Source: a virus
Taxonomy: Duplodnaviria; Caudoviricetes
IMG/VR virus record: IMGVR_UViG_3300025889_000071
Direction: 5' to 3' (one strand)
DNA: 64,000 nt
The notes beneath the pieces are model-generated. The model saw only the letters and a list, made by a program, of their open reading frames with translations. It had not been told where the DNA came from and searched no databases. Each line of letters opens with the position of its first letter. Position 1 is the stretch's first letter. The translations under genes were made by a program, and so were the position numbers. Below are positions 54,706 through 63,999 of this stretch, piece by piece.

Positions 54706-55305
54706 ATGGCAACTTCAAGACCCAATCAATCTATCTCTCAATTTAAATCGGCTCTAATTGGGGGTGGAGCCCGTCCAAATCTATTTGAAGTGGAATTGGC
54801 AACTTTCCCAGATGCTGCTGTAAATGCAGCCTGGGATCCAAACAACTTTAGATTTATGTGTAAAGCGGCAAATCTTCCTGCTTCGAATATTGCTTCAATC
54901 GATGTTCCATTTAGAGGAAGAATTTTCAAAGTTGCTGGAGACAGGACAATTGATACTTGGACTGTAACAGTAATTAATGATGAGAATTTTGCTGTTAGAA
55001 ATTCGTTTGAGCAATGGATGCAAGGTATTGCTAGATTGGAAAATAATCTAGGAGCAACAGATCCATCAGCATATATGGCAAATGCTAAAGTATTCCAACT
55101 TGGAAGAGGTCAAACCTCATCAAGTCGTGACAGTTCTGGAGAATCAAATACAGTATTAAAAGAGTATGAATTTATTGACATTTTCCCAACAAATATTTCT
55201 GCAATTGATCTTTCATACGATTCCACAGACACAATTGAAGAATTCACCGTAGAATTCCAAGTTCAGTCATTTAGTCTTGCTGGAGCAGGTAGCCCCAACG
55301 GTTAA
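54706..55305 (+). CDS. gp19: Tail tube protein gp19
   Basis: Seen: 'GGARPNLFEV', 'VPFRGRIFKVAGDRT.DTWTVTVIND', 'FPTNISAIDLSYD..DTIEEFTVEF'. Confidence 0.97.
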   Translation: MATSRPNQSISQFKSALIGGGARPNLFEVELATFPDAAVNAAWDPNNFRFMCKAANLPASNIASIDVPFRGRIFKVAGDRTIDTWTVTVINDENFAVRNSFEQWMQGIARLENNLGATDPSAYMANAKVFQLGRGQTSSSRDSSGESNTVLKEYEFIDIFPTNISAIDLSYDSTDTIEEFTVEFQVQSFSLAGAGSPNG

Positions 55306-55333
55306 TAAATAAGTAAAAAGTTCAAAATAAATT

Positions 55334-56995
55334 ATGGCAAAACTGTTTGGGTTTTCGATAGAGGATACAGAACCTCTATCACCTTCATCGGTTTCCCCCG
55401 TTCCTCCAAATAACGAGGACGGGGTTGACCATTATATGAGCAGTGGATTTTTTGGATCCTATGTTGATATTGAAGGTGTATATAGAACCGAATATGATTT
55501 AATAAAAAGATATCGTGAAATGGCACTTCACCCAGAATGTGATAGTGCCATTGAAGATATTGTAAATGAAGCTATTGTTTCTGATACTAATGATACTCCT
55601 GTTGAAATTGAACTTTCTAATTTAAATGCAAGTGATGGTATAAAGAATAAAATAAGAAAAGAATTCAAACATATTTTAAATCTTCTCGATTTTGATAAGA
55701 AATCTCACGAAATTTATAGGAATTGGTATATTGATGGTAGAATTTATTATCATAAAATTATAGATTTAAAAAATCCTCACGAAGGAATACAAGAATTACG
55801 GTATATTGATGCAATGAAAATGCGTCATGTACGCCAATCTAAAAATACTGAAAAAGAAAATAGAAGTCCTATAAATCTGAGAAGCAATGATCCAATGGAT
55901 TATAAGTTTCCAGAAATTGAAGAGTATTACATTTACAATCCAAAAGGAACATATCCGACTGGAAATATGAATGCAACTGGCGCAAGTCAGGGAATCAAAA
56001 TTGCAAAAGATGCAATCACGTATTGCACTTCTGGTCTTGTAGATAGAAACAAAGGTTCGGTTCTTTCATATCTTCACAAATCCATCAAATCTCTCAATCA
56101 ACTTCGAATGATTGAAGATTCTTTGGTAATCTACAGATTATCAAGAGCACCAGAACGTAGAATTTTTTATATTGATGTTGGCAATTTACCTAAAGTAAAG
56201 GCAGAACAATATCTTCGCGATGTCATGATGAGATATCGCAACAAACTTGTATATGATGCAAACACTGGAGAGATTCGCGATGACAAAAAATATATGGCAA
56301 TGCTCGAAGATTTTTGGCTTCCTAGAAGAGAAGGAGGAAGGGGAACAGAAATCTCAACTCTGCCAGGAGGCCAAAACCTTGGAGAAATTACTGATATTGA
56401 ATACTTTAAGAAAAAATTATTCAGGTCCCTTAATGTTCCCCCATCAAGAATGGATGGAGAAGGTGGGTTTAACTTGGGGAGATCTTCTGAAATCTTAAGA
56501 GATGAACTCAAATTTACAAAATTTGTTGGAAGATTGAGAAAGAGATTCTCAAATATGTTTAATGATATGTTGAGAACTCAATTGATTCTCAAAAATATTA
56601 TTACTCCAGAAGATTGGGAGGTTATGAGTGAGCACATTCAATATGATTTCCTTTATGATAATCACTTCTCCGAATTAAAAGAAGCTGAGATTATGAATGA
56701 AAGATTGGGTATGGTTGCAACCGCAGAACCATATGTTGGTAAGTATTTCTCTCAAGATTATGTAAGAAGAAAGATTCTTCGTCAAACAGACATTGAAATT
56801 TTAGAGCAAGATAAATTAATTGAAAAAGAAATCAAAGATGGAATTATTCCAGATCCAAGTATTCCAATTGATCCACAAACAGGTGCTCCATTAGATTCTA
56901 ATGCATCAATGGATTTGGGACAACCTGTAATGGAACCGGAAATTGATGCATCGTCAGTGGAAGCTCCTGAAATGCCCAAGGGCGGGGAAATATAA
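55334..56995 (+). CDS. gp20: Portal protein gp20
   Basis: Seen: 'WYIDGRIYYHK', 'LRMIEDSLVIYRLSRAPERRIFYIDVGNLPKVKAEQYL', 'EDFWLPRREGGRGTEISTLPGGQNLGEI'. Confidence 0.98.
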   Translation: MAKLFGFSIEDTEPLSPSSVSPVPPNNEDGVDHYMSSGFFGSYVDIEGVYRTEYDLIKRYREMALHPECDSAIEDIVNEAIVSDTNDTPVEIELSNLNASDGIKNKIRKEFKHILNLLDFDKKSHEIYRNWYIDGRIYYHKIIDLKNPHEGIQELRYIDAMKMRHVRQSKNTEKENRSPINLRSNDPMDYKFPEIEEYYIYNPKGTYPTGNMNATGASQGIKIAKDAITYCTSGLVDRNKGSVLSYLHKSIKSLNQLRMIEDSLVIYRLSRAPERRIFYIDVGNLPKVKAEQYLRDVMMRYRNKLVYDANTGEIRDDKKYMAMLEDFWLPRREGGRGTEISTLPGGQNLGEITDIEYFKKKLFRSLNVPPSRMDGEGGFNLGRSSEILRDELKFTKFVGRLRKRFSNMFNDMLRTQLILKNIITPEDWEVMSEHIQYDFLYDNHFSELKEAEIMNERLGMVATAEPYVGKYFSQDYVRRKILRQTDIEILEQDKLIEKEIKDGIIPDPSIPIDPQTGAPLDSNASMDLGQPVMEPEIDASSVEAPEMPKGGEI

Positions 56996-56998
56996 ATA
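56991..56998 (+). promoter_or_regulatory. T4-type late promoter TATAAATA overlapping the gp20 stop
   Basis: Seen: exact consensus upstream of ORF 57021. Confidence 0.8.
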
Positions 56999-57020
56999 CT
57001 ACTAGTTTTTATTAAACAAT

Positions 57021-57191
57021 ATGGATGATCTTTTAGATTTAATTGCTTCTGGTGAAAAACAATCTGATGTGAGTTCTGCTATCAAAGATATTTTATATAC
57101 AAAAGCAGCAGCAAAAGTCGATTCTATCAGACCTGATGTTGCAAATTCTTTTTTTGATAATGTAGAAACAGAATCGGAAGCAGAAGAATAA
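57021..57191 (+). CDS. 56-aa acidic protein missed by the ORF track (gp67-position prohead core candidate)
   Basis: Seen: MDDLLDLIASGEKQSDVSSAIKDILYTKAAAKVDSIRPDVANSFFDNVETESEAEE*, preceded by TATAAATA at 56991. It sits where T4 carries gp67; homology is inference. Confidence 0.75.
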   Translation: MDDLLDLIASGEKQSDVSSAIKDILYTKAAAKVDSIRPDVANSFFDNVETESEAEE

Positions 57192-57222
57192 TAAATAACT
57201 ATTAAATGAATTTCTAAAAAAA

Positions 57223-57492
57223 ATGGCAAGAATATTAGTCTCTGCTGCTGAAGTAGATATCACAGCAGGTGTTGCAAATTCTACCACTGTGAATAATGCC
57301 AGATTCGTAAGAATTTATAATAATTCTGGAGGTGTGGCAACTTTGTATGTTCAAGATGCAGGTTATAATGGAATTGGTTCTGTTTCCATTAAAGATGGTG
57401 CAGTTGAAGTAATTGAAAAGCATCAAGAAGATACAATTTATTTTGATGGAAGTGGGACAATTAAAGCAGCAAGAATAGGTATCACCGCATAA
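57223..57492 (+). CDS. Small conserved protein between portal and protease
   Basis: Seen: 89 aa, 'ARFVRIYNNSG', 'GAVEVIEK'; late-promoter-like motif upstream. Confidence 0.7.
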   Translation: MARILVSAAEVDITAGVANSTTVNNARFVRIYNNSGGVATLYVQDAGYNGIGSVSIKDGAVEVIEKHQEDTIYFDGSGTIKAARIGITA

Positions 57493-57498
57493 AAATCA

Positions 57499-58149
57499 AT
57501 GAAACTAATCAGAGAAGAAATCGAAAAGGTTGAAGTTGTTACTGAGAGTGTGAATGGTAAAAAGACCTTGTTTATTCAAGGACCCTTTTTACAGACCGAA
57601 AAAGAAAATAGAAATCACAGAGTTTATCGTAGACCTGTGATGGAACGTGAGGTAAAAAGATATACCGAATCTTATATTAATAAAGGTCGTGCTCTTGGTG
57701 AATTAGGCCATCCCGATGGTCCAACTATCAATCTTGATCGGGTTTCTCATAAAATTGTTTCTCTTGAGCAAAAGGGAAATGATTTTCATGGGAAAGCACA
57801 AATCCTTTCAACACCAATGGGAAAGATTGCAGAATCTCTTCTTAAAGAAGGTGTGACACTTGGAGTTTCTTCTCGTGGAATTGGTTCTTTAAAAATGTCC
57901 AAAGAAGGATGGTCTGAAGTTGGTGAAGATTTTATGTTAGCAACTGCTGCTGATATTGTTGCCGATCCTTCTGCACCCGATGCATTTGTTTCGGGAATTA
58001 TGGAAGGAAAAGAGTGGGTTTGGGAAGGTGGAATTCTTCGTGAACAACTCGCAGAAAAAACTTACAAGAGAATTAATACACTTGTAGACCAGAAAATACT
58101 TGAGGAACATAAATTGGATTTGTTTAACAATTTCCTAAATAGTCTTTGA
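57499..58149 (+). CDS. gp21: Prohead core protease gp21
   Basis: Seen: 'IQGPFLQ...NRNHRVY', 'RALGELGHPDGPTINLDRVSH', 'GVSSRGIGSL', 'DIVADPSAPDAFV'. Confidence 0.97.
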   Translation: MKLIREEIEKVEVVTESVNGKKTLFIQGPFLQTEKENRNHRVYRRPVMEREVKRYTESYINKGRALGELGHPDGPTINLDRVSHKIVSLEQKGNDFHGKAQILSTPMGKIAESLLKEGVTLGVSSRGIGSLKMSKEGWSEVGEDFMLATAADIVADPSAPDAFVSGIMEGKEWVWEGGILREQLAEKTYKRINTLVDQKILEEHKLDLFNNFLNSL

Positions 58150-58170
58150 CTATACATAAAATAATTTAAT

Positions 58171-58178
58171 TATAAATA
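58171..58178 (+). promoter_or_regulatory. T4-type late promoter TATAAATA (gp22-gp23)
   Basis: Seen: exact consensus in the gp21-gp22 gap. Confidence 0.85.
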
Positions 58179-58217
58179 AATATAGATTTAAAAAAATCAG
58201 GTAAACGGAGAGTTCAA

Positions 58218-59321
58218 ATGTCTAGTGACAACAATTTACAAGAGATGGAGGTAAAGACACAGCAATCCAAAACCGCTGTAAATGCCGGTGCTAAAGCTGG
58301 CGATGCAATGGATACATCGGTTGCTGGTTCTGTAGAGGATCTTGGCGGTCCAACTCCAGAAAACTACAAGCCCGATGACGATTCGGCAAAACTTAAGGAA
58401 CCTTCACTTGCAACAGTTAAAGATGTTGTAAACAAGGGTGCCAAGCCTGCAATGGCAAAAGAGGAAGTTGAAGAAGAGGAAGAAGTAGTGTCCGAAGAAG
58501 AAACTTCCGAAGAAGAAGTTGTTGCAGAACAAGAAACTTCTGAAGAGGAAGAAGTAGTGTCCGAAGAAGAAACTTCCGAAGAAGAAGTTGTTGCCGAGTA
58601 TGATATCGAAGAAGATGTAAATGCTCTCTTCGGTGAAGAAGAACTCTCCGAAGAATTCAAAGAGAAAGCAGCAACAATCTTTGAGGCTGCTATTAACTCG
58701 AAGGTTTCTAAAATCCAAGAGGATCTCGAAACTGCATATGCAGCAACACTTGCTGAAGAAGTAGCAGAAATTAAATTAGAACTTACAGAAAGAATGGATT
58801 CATATCTTGAGTATGTTGCTCAAGAATGGATTCAAGAAAATGCCCTTGCAGTTGAGCAAGGACTTAAGACCGAAATGACTGAGAGCTTCCTCTCGGGCAT
58901 GAAGGAACTTTTTGAAGCACATTATGTATCAATCCCTGAAGATAAGTATGATGTTGTCAATAACATGGTAGAAAAACTTGATGAAATGGAAGCAAAACTC
59001 AATGAGCAAATAGAGAAAAATATCCATTTAAACAAGCGTCTCGCAGAGTCGGTTGCAGATGGAATTTTTGATGAAATTTCTGAGGGGCTTGCTGCTACTC
59101 AGAAAGAGAAGCTCGCTTCACTTGCCGAAAGTGTTGAGTTTGGATGTGAAGAAGAATATCGTGAAAAACTGGAGACCTTAAAGGAAGCATATTTCCCATC
59201 AAAGGTATCATCTCCAACTGCTAAGAAAGAAAATCTTTCAGAAGGTGTTGATAGTTCGCCCGAATCAATTTCAGGTTCTATGAGTGCTTATCTGAATACA
59301 CTTTCTAAATTTAGCAAATAA
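58218..59321 (+). CDS. gp22: Prohead core scaffold protein gp22
   Basis: Seen: acidic; 'LSEEFKEKAATIFEAA', 'DSYLEYVAQEW', 'FLSGMKELF..HY'; located between gp21 and gp23. Confidence 0.93.
   Translation: MSSDNNLQEMEVKTQQSKTAVNAGAKAGDAMDTSVAGSVEDLGGPTPENYKPDDDSAKLKEPSLATVKDVVNKGAKPAMAKEEVEEEEEVVSEEETSEEEVVAEQETSEEEEVVSEEETSEEEVVAEYDIEEDVNALFGEEELSEEFKEKAATIFEAAINSKVSKIQEDLETAYAATLAEEVAEIKLELTERMDSYLEYVAQEWIQENALAVEQGLKTEMTESFLSGMKELFEAHYVSIPEDKYDVVNNMVEKLDEMEAKLNEQIEKNIHLNKRLAESVADGIFDEISEGLAATQKEKLASLAESVEFGCEEEYREKLETLKEAYFPSKVSSPTAKKENLSEGVDSSPESISGSMSAYLNTLSKFSK
58473..58594 (+). repeat. Exact 53-nt direct repeat (69-nt period) in gp22
   Basis: Seen: gaagaggaagaagtagtgtccgaagaagaaacttccgaagaagaagttgttgc at 58473-58525 and 58542-58594. 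Confidence 0.9.
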
Positions 59322-59374
59322 TTGAATTCAATATAATTCAAACAAAAACCCGTAAACTTATTAGGTAAAAGCAA

Positions 59375-60799
59375 ATGTTCCAATCAGAGCAATTGCAGGA
59401 AAAGTGGGCACCTCTCCTCGATCATGAGGGAGGAATCAAAGATTCCCATCGTAGAGCTGTAACAGCCGTCCTGCTCGAAAACCAAGAAAAATTCCTTCGT
59501 GAGCAAACTGCATTCAACAATGGTTCAATGCAGAACCTCATGGAAACCCCAACAAACAGTGGTAATGCTGCTGGTGGTTCTGGTGCCTTCGGTGCCGATT
59601 CTGCCGCTGCTGGTCCTACCGCTGGTTTTGACCCCGTTCTGATCTCTCTGATCAGACGTTCAATGCCTAACCTGATCGCTTATGATCTGGCTGGCGTTCA
59701 ACCAATGAGTGGTCCTACTGGACTTATCTTTGCAATGCGTTCCCGCTATGCAAATCAAAGCGGAACCGAAGCATTCTACAACGAGCCTAATTCTGCATTC
59801 TCTGGTCAAGATGCTGGCAACGATGAGTATGCTGGTCATTCTGACAGTCTTGCTGGTATGGGTACTACCACCCAGTCCGGCACTAACCCTGCTGTTCTGA
59901 ACCCTGTTGGTAGTGCTTCCTCAACCGCATATGATGTCGGTCAGGGAATGGTCACTGGTGATGCCGAGAACCTCGACGGCACTGGTGCAGATGCATTCAA
60001 CGAAATGGCTTTCTCGATCGAGAAAGTTACCGTTACTGCGAAGTCAAGAGCACTGAAGGCCGAGTATTCACTCGAACTCGCTCAAGACCTCAAGGCAATC
60101 CACGGTCTGAATGCTGAAGCAGAATTGGCAAACATTCTCTCCACAGAGATTCTTGCTGAAATCAACCGCGAAGTCATCAGAACCATCTATAAGGTCGCTG
60201 AGCAAGGTGCTGTTGCTAACACCGCTACTGCTGGCGTATTCGACCTCGACATCGACTCCAACGGTCGCTGGTCTGTTGAGAAGTTCAAGGGTCTCCTGTT
60301 CCAAATCGAGCGTGATGCTAACGCAATCGCACAAAGAACTCGTCGCGGAAAGGGCAACATCATCATGTGCTCTGCAGACGTTGCTTCTGCACTGACCATG
60401 GCTGGTGTTCTCGACTACACCCCTGCACTCAACGCTAACCTCAACGTTGATGACACTGGTAACACCTTCGCTGGTGTTCTCCAAGGTAAGTATCGTGTTT
60501 ATATCGATCCTTATTCCTCCAACCTCACCTCTGCTAACGCATCGAACGGCAATCAGTATTACGTCGTCGGTTATAAGGGTTCTTCACCTTATGACGCCGG
60601 TCTGTTCTATTGCCCATATGTACCTCTGCAGATGGTACGTGCCGTTGGTGAGAACTCCTTCCAGCCAAAAATCGGATTTAAGACTCGCTACGGCATGGTC
60701 GCTAATCCATTCGCAGAAGGAATCAACCAAGGCCTTGGTGGTCTTAATGTTAACCAGAACCGCTACTATCGTCGCGTTGCTGTTAAGAACCTCATGTGA
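59375..60799 (+). CDS. gp23: Major capsid protein gp23
   Basis: Seen: 'LQEKWAPLL', 'DPVLISLIRRSMPNLIAYDLAGVQPMSGPTGLIFAMR', 'KSRALKAEYSLELAQDLKAIHGL', 'QPKIGFKTRYG'. Confidence 0.99.
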   Translation: MFQSEQLQEKWAPLLDHEGGIKDSHRRAVTAVLLENQEKFLREQTAFNNGSMQNLMETPTNSGNAAGGSGAFGADSAAAGPTAGFDPVLISLIRRSMPNLIAYDLAGVQPMSGPTGLIFAMRSRYANQSGTEAFYNEPNSAFSGQDAGNDEYAGHSDSLAGMGTTTQSGTNPAVLNPVGSASSTAYDVGQGMVTGDAENLDGTGADAFNEMAFSIEKVTVTAKSRALKAEYSLELAQDLKAIHGLNAEAELANILSTEILAEINREVIRTIYKVAEQGAVANTATAGVFDLDIDSNGRWSVEKFKGLLFQIERDANAIAQRTRRGKGNIIMCSADVASALTMAGVLDYTPALNANLNVDDTGNTFAGVLQGKYRVYIDPYSSNLTSANASNGNQYYVVGYKGSSPYDAGLFYCPYVPLQMVRAVGENSFQPKIGFKTRYGMVANPFAEGINQGLGGLNVNQNRYYRRVAVKNLM

Positions 60800-60821
60800 T
60801 CCATACTCACAAGAGTTTATC

Positions 60822-60849
60822 AGAGAGTCCTTCGGGACTCTCTTTTTTT
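60822..60849 (+). terminator. Rho-independent terminator after gp23
   Basis: Seen: AGAGAGTCC-TTCG-GGACTCTCT followed by a T run. The C(UUCG)G tetraloop is typical of T4-like terminators. Confidence 0.92.
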
Positions 60850-60879
60850 ATCTAAATATTTCAATAGTGCAGTTCCATA

Positions 60880-61434
60880 ATGGCAAACAGGGAAACACAA
60901 ATAGAAAATAGAAACTTTTTATCTCCAGTAGGTTTTAAATTTGTATTGGAAAGAAGTCCAAAGGCAGTATTTTTTTGCAACCAAGCCAATATTCCAGATT
61001 TAAACTTGGGTGTAACTTTTCAACCCAATTATCTCCGTGATATTCCAACTCCTGGTGATAAAATAGAATTTGGAGATCTTAATATTAGATTTTTAGTTGA
61101 TGAAGATCTTGTAAATTATATGGAAATACAAAATTGGATTCGTGGATTAGGTTATCCCGATTCAGTTCAAGAATTTAGAGACCTTGATGTAGAAGGTAGA
61201 ATCAGAGTCAATTATTCTAATAAAGGTCACAACATCTACTCTGATGGCACTCTGCAAATTTTAAGCAGTAATATGATATCAAAATTTAATGTCATTTTTA
61301 CAGATTTATTCCCATACTCATTAACTACACTCTCATTCGATGCCACCGATACTGACATTGAATACTTTACGGCTGAGGTGTCTTTCAAGTATACTAGTTA
61401 TAGAGTAGAGACACTATCCGGAACTTCCTTATGA
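60880..61434 (+). CDS. gp3: Tail tube terminator / completion protein gp3
   Basis: Seen: 'NRNFLSPVGFKF', 'FFCNQANIP', 'PGDKIEFGDL.IRFLVDEDL.NY.EI.NW', 'DLFPYSL'. Confidence 0.88.
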   Translation: MANRETQIENRNFLSPVGFKFVLERSPKAVFFCNQANIPDLNLGVTFQPNYLRDIPTPGDKIEFGDLNIRFLVDEDLVNYMEIQNWIRGLGYPDSVQEFRDLDVEGRIRVNYSNKGHNIYSDGTLQILSSNMISKFNVIFTDLFPYSLTTLSFDATDTDIEYFTAEVSFKYTSYRVETLSGTSL

Positions 61435-61868
61435 GTTTTGACCTTGATAAAATACAAGAGATGTGGGAAAAAGATTCTTCTATTGACCGAGACAATTTAC
61501 ACGAAGAATCATTAAACATTCCTTCACTCCATGCAAAATATTTTGAAATATACAATACCATTTTTTTGTTAAGAAAAAAAGCAGAGCAACAAAGAAAAAA
61601 TATAAGGCACGAACGATACGAATATTTTAGTGGGAAAGCAGATCCAGATGTTTATATAGAACAACCTTTTCCCAAAAAAATTCGTGATAAAGATACCATG
61701 CAAAAATATCTTGATGCTGACGAAAAACTTTCATCAATATGCTTAAAGATTGATTACTATGATACCATGCTGGTATACATTGAAAGTATTTTAAAGCAAA
61801 TAACAAATAGAACTTATCAAATAAAAAACGCAATAGAGTTTATGAGATTCAATGCAGGTTTAGGTTAA
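61431..61868 (+). CDS. uvsY: Recombination mediator UvsY
   Basis: Seen: 'WEKDSSID..NL.EESL.IP.LHAKY', 'YEYFSGKA', 'I.NRTYQIKNAIEF.RF.AG'. Confidence 0.9.
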   Translation: MSFDLDKIQEMWEKDSSIDRDNLHEESLNIPSLHAKYFEIYNTIFLLRKKAEQQRKNIRHERYEYFSGKADPDVYIEQPFPKKIRDKDTMQKYLDADEKLSSICLKIDYYDTMLVYIESILKQITNRTYQIKNAIEFMRFNAGLG

Positions 61869-62056
61869 TGGAAGAAGATTCATTTGTTTTAAACTTTTCT
61901 ATTGAAGATGTACATTTAATGTATCATTGTGTAAGTGAAAGATTAAAAAATTGGGAGGGATTTCCTTCTCGACATCCTCAAGAACAAGAACATTTGAATT
62001 ATTTAAAGAGTGAGTTATATAAATGTATTTTAGATTTTAAGTTTAATGATATGTAA
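61868..62056 (+). CDS. Small hypothetical protein (62 aa)
   Basis: Seen: TAATG-coupled to uvsY; 'W.GFPSRHPQEQEHL' pattern. Confidence 0.65.
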   Translation: MEEDSFVLNFSIEDVHLMYHCVSERLKNWEGFPSRHPQEQEHLNYLKSELYKCILDFKFNDM

Positions 62057-62083
62057 TAAATAGATTTAGATGAATGGATCATC

Positions 62084-63565
62084 GTGATTGACACAACAGC
62101 TAATCTTGTTATATCTAAATCTAACGAAGTATTTTTAAAAATAAACACGGAACCACATATAGAATATGAACTTAGAGATCACTTTAAGTTCGAAGTTCCA
62201 AATGCAAAATTTATGCCACAGTATCGTGGTAGAAATTGGAACGGCGAAATACATTTATATGATATGAGGTCTAAACAGATATATGTTGGCCTTTTGGATA
62301 AGATAGTTCAATTTTGTGAGAATTACGGATATACTTACAAATTTGAAGATAATAAATTTTATGGAACTCCATATGAAGAGAACAATGGAATTTCATATGA
62401 AGGTGTAAAAGATTATATGAATTCTATTTGCACACATAAACCCAGAAAGTATCAAATAGAAGGTGTTTATGGTGCATTGAAACATAACAGAAAATTATTA
62501 ATAAGTCCTACTGCATCTGGTAAATCTTTGATGATTTACTCTCTTGTGAGATACTATGTTGCTAAAGGAGAAAAAATTCTTTTAGTTGTTCCAACAACAA
62601 GTTTAGTGGAACAGATGTTTAAGGATTTTATGGATTATGGGTGGGATGCAGAATCACATTGCCACAAAATTTATTCAGGTAAAGAAAAGAGTAATAATGC
62701 ACCAGTTACTATAACCACTTGGCAATCTGTTTATAAGTTAGAGAGATCATTCTTCGAAGATTATGGTGTCATTATAGGTGATGAAGCTCATTTGTTTAAG
62801 AGCAAATCTTTAGTCTCTATCATGACTAAACTTCATCATGCAAAATATAGATTTGGATTTACTGGTACATTAGATGGCACCCAAACTCATAAATGGGTAC
62901 TAGAAGGATTGTTTGGACCATCATATAAAGTCACAAGAACTGACGAATTGATGAGACAAGGACATCTTTCAACATTGGATATACAATGTATAGTATTAAA
63001 ACATGAACCTCAAAAGTTCCAAACGTATGAGGATGAAATTAAGTATTTAATTTCTCATGAACAAAGAAACAGATTTATTACAAATCTTACTTTAGATTTG
63101 AAAGGTAACACTCTGGTGCTATACAGTCGTGTTGAAACTCATGGTGCAATACTATTTGAAAAGATAAATAATCTTAAGCGAGATAATCGCAAAGTCTACT
63201 TCGTTCATGGAGGAGTAGATGCTGAAGAACGAGAAACAATACGTGAAATTGTTGAAAGAGAAAATAATGCAATTATTGTAGCTTCATACGGAACTTTTTC
63301 AACAGGTATTAATATTAAAAATCTTCATAATGTAATATTTGCATCTCCCAGTAAATCGAGAATTAGAAATCTACAATCGATTGGTAGAGTTTTAAGAAAA
63401 GGAAAAAACAAAACAAAAGCAAAACTTTATGATTTAGCTGACGATATTACATATAATTCGAAAAGAAATTACACGCTAAATCATTTGATTGAAAGAATTA
63501 AAACTTATAATGAGGAGAATTTTAATTACGAAATAATCACTATAAAGATAAAAAGAAATGATTGA
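62084..63565 (+). CDS. uvsW: SF2 DNA helicase UvsW
   Basis: Seen: 'SPTASGKS' (Walker A), 'IIGDEAH' (DEAH), 'GFTGT', 'ASYGTFSTGINIKNLHN', 'QSIGRVLR'. Confidence 0.97.
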   Translation: MIDTTANLVISKSNEVFLKINTEPHIEYELRDHFKFEVPNAKFMPQYRGRNWNGEIHLYDMRSKQIYVGLLDKIVQFCENYGYTYKFEDNKFYGTPYEENNGISYEGVKDYMNSICTHKPRKYQIEGVYGALKHNRKLLISPTASGKSLMIYSLVRYYVAKGEKILLVVPTTSLVEQMFKDFMDYGWDAESHCHKIYSGKEKSNNAPVTITTWQSVYKLERSFFEDYGVIIGDEAHLFKSKSLVSIMTKLHHAKYRFGFTGTLDGTQTHKWVLEGLFGPSYKVTRTDELMRQGHLSTLDIQCIVLKHEPQKFQTYEDEIKYLISHEQRNRFITNLTLDLKGNTLVLYSRVETHGAILFEKINNLKRDNRKVYFVHGGVDAEERETIREIVERENNAIIVASYGTFSTGINIKNLHNVIFASPSKSRIRNLQSIGRVLRKGKNKTKAKLYDLADDITYNSKRNYTLNHLIERIKTYNEENFNYEIITIKIKRND

Positions 63566-63971
63566 AGACGATTTTTACGCAACAATAAAATTTAAAAATG
63601 GTGAAGAGATATTTGCTAAAGTAGCTCCTTCAGAAGAAGAAGAGGAAACTTTTTTAATTGTTTCAAATCCAATAGTAATAAGTGAAGTCAAATCTAGAAT
63701 GGGAGTAGTTGGATATAAACTAGATCCTTGGTTAAAAACCTGTGATGAAGATATGCTTATTGTTAGAATGAGTGAAATATTAACCATCTCCGAATCAAAA
63801 AGTATTGAAATGATCATGATGCATCAAGCTTTCATTAGATCTAATGAAAGAGATGAAAACAATGAACCTCCAATATCAAGAGAAATGGGATACATTTCTA
63901 ATGTTAATGATGCTAAAACTCTTTTAGAGAAGCTATATAATAGTAATTCTTTTCAACCTCCACAAAGGTAA
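63558..63971 (+). CDS. Conserved hypothetical protein downstream of uvsW (Sm-like beta fold suspected)
   Basis: Seen: 'ATIKFKNGEEIFAKV', 'SNPIVI', 'PWLK'; overlaps the uvsW stop. Confidence 0.75.
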   Translation: MIEDDFYATIKFKNGEEIFAKVAPSEEEEETFLIVSNPIVISEVKSRMGVVGYKLDPWLKTCDEDMLIVRMSEILTISESKSIEMIMMHQAFIRSNERDENNEPPISREMGYISNVNDAKTLLEKLYNSNSFQPPQR

Positions 63972-63999
63972 TTGTACACAAATATTGAAGGGTTGTCAA
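63971..63999 (-). promoter_or_regulatory. Sigma70-type promoter TTGACA-N17-TACAAT on the minus strand
   Basis: Seen: minus strand reads TTGACA acccttcaatatttgtg TACAAT (perfect -35, 17-nt spacer, 5/6 match at -10). Confidence 0.7.

Noticed and set aside
58364-58718. Antisense Ser/Phe-rich ORFs over gp22
   Set aside because: Mirror of the GAA-rich acidic repeat.
59322-59341. Inverted repeat TTGAATT-N6-AATTCAA between gp22 and gp23
   Set aside because: All-AT-rich 7-bp stem, weak and likely by chance in this composition.
60068-60911. Overlapping ORFs on gp23 (60068..60484 -, 60111..60395 +, 60405..60911 +)
   Set aside because: Explained by the biased codon usage of gp23; 60405..60911 would also run through the terminator.
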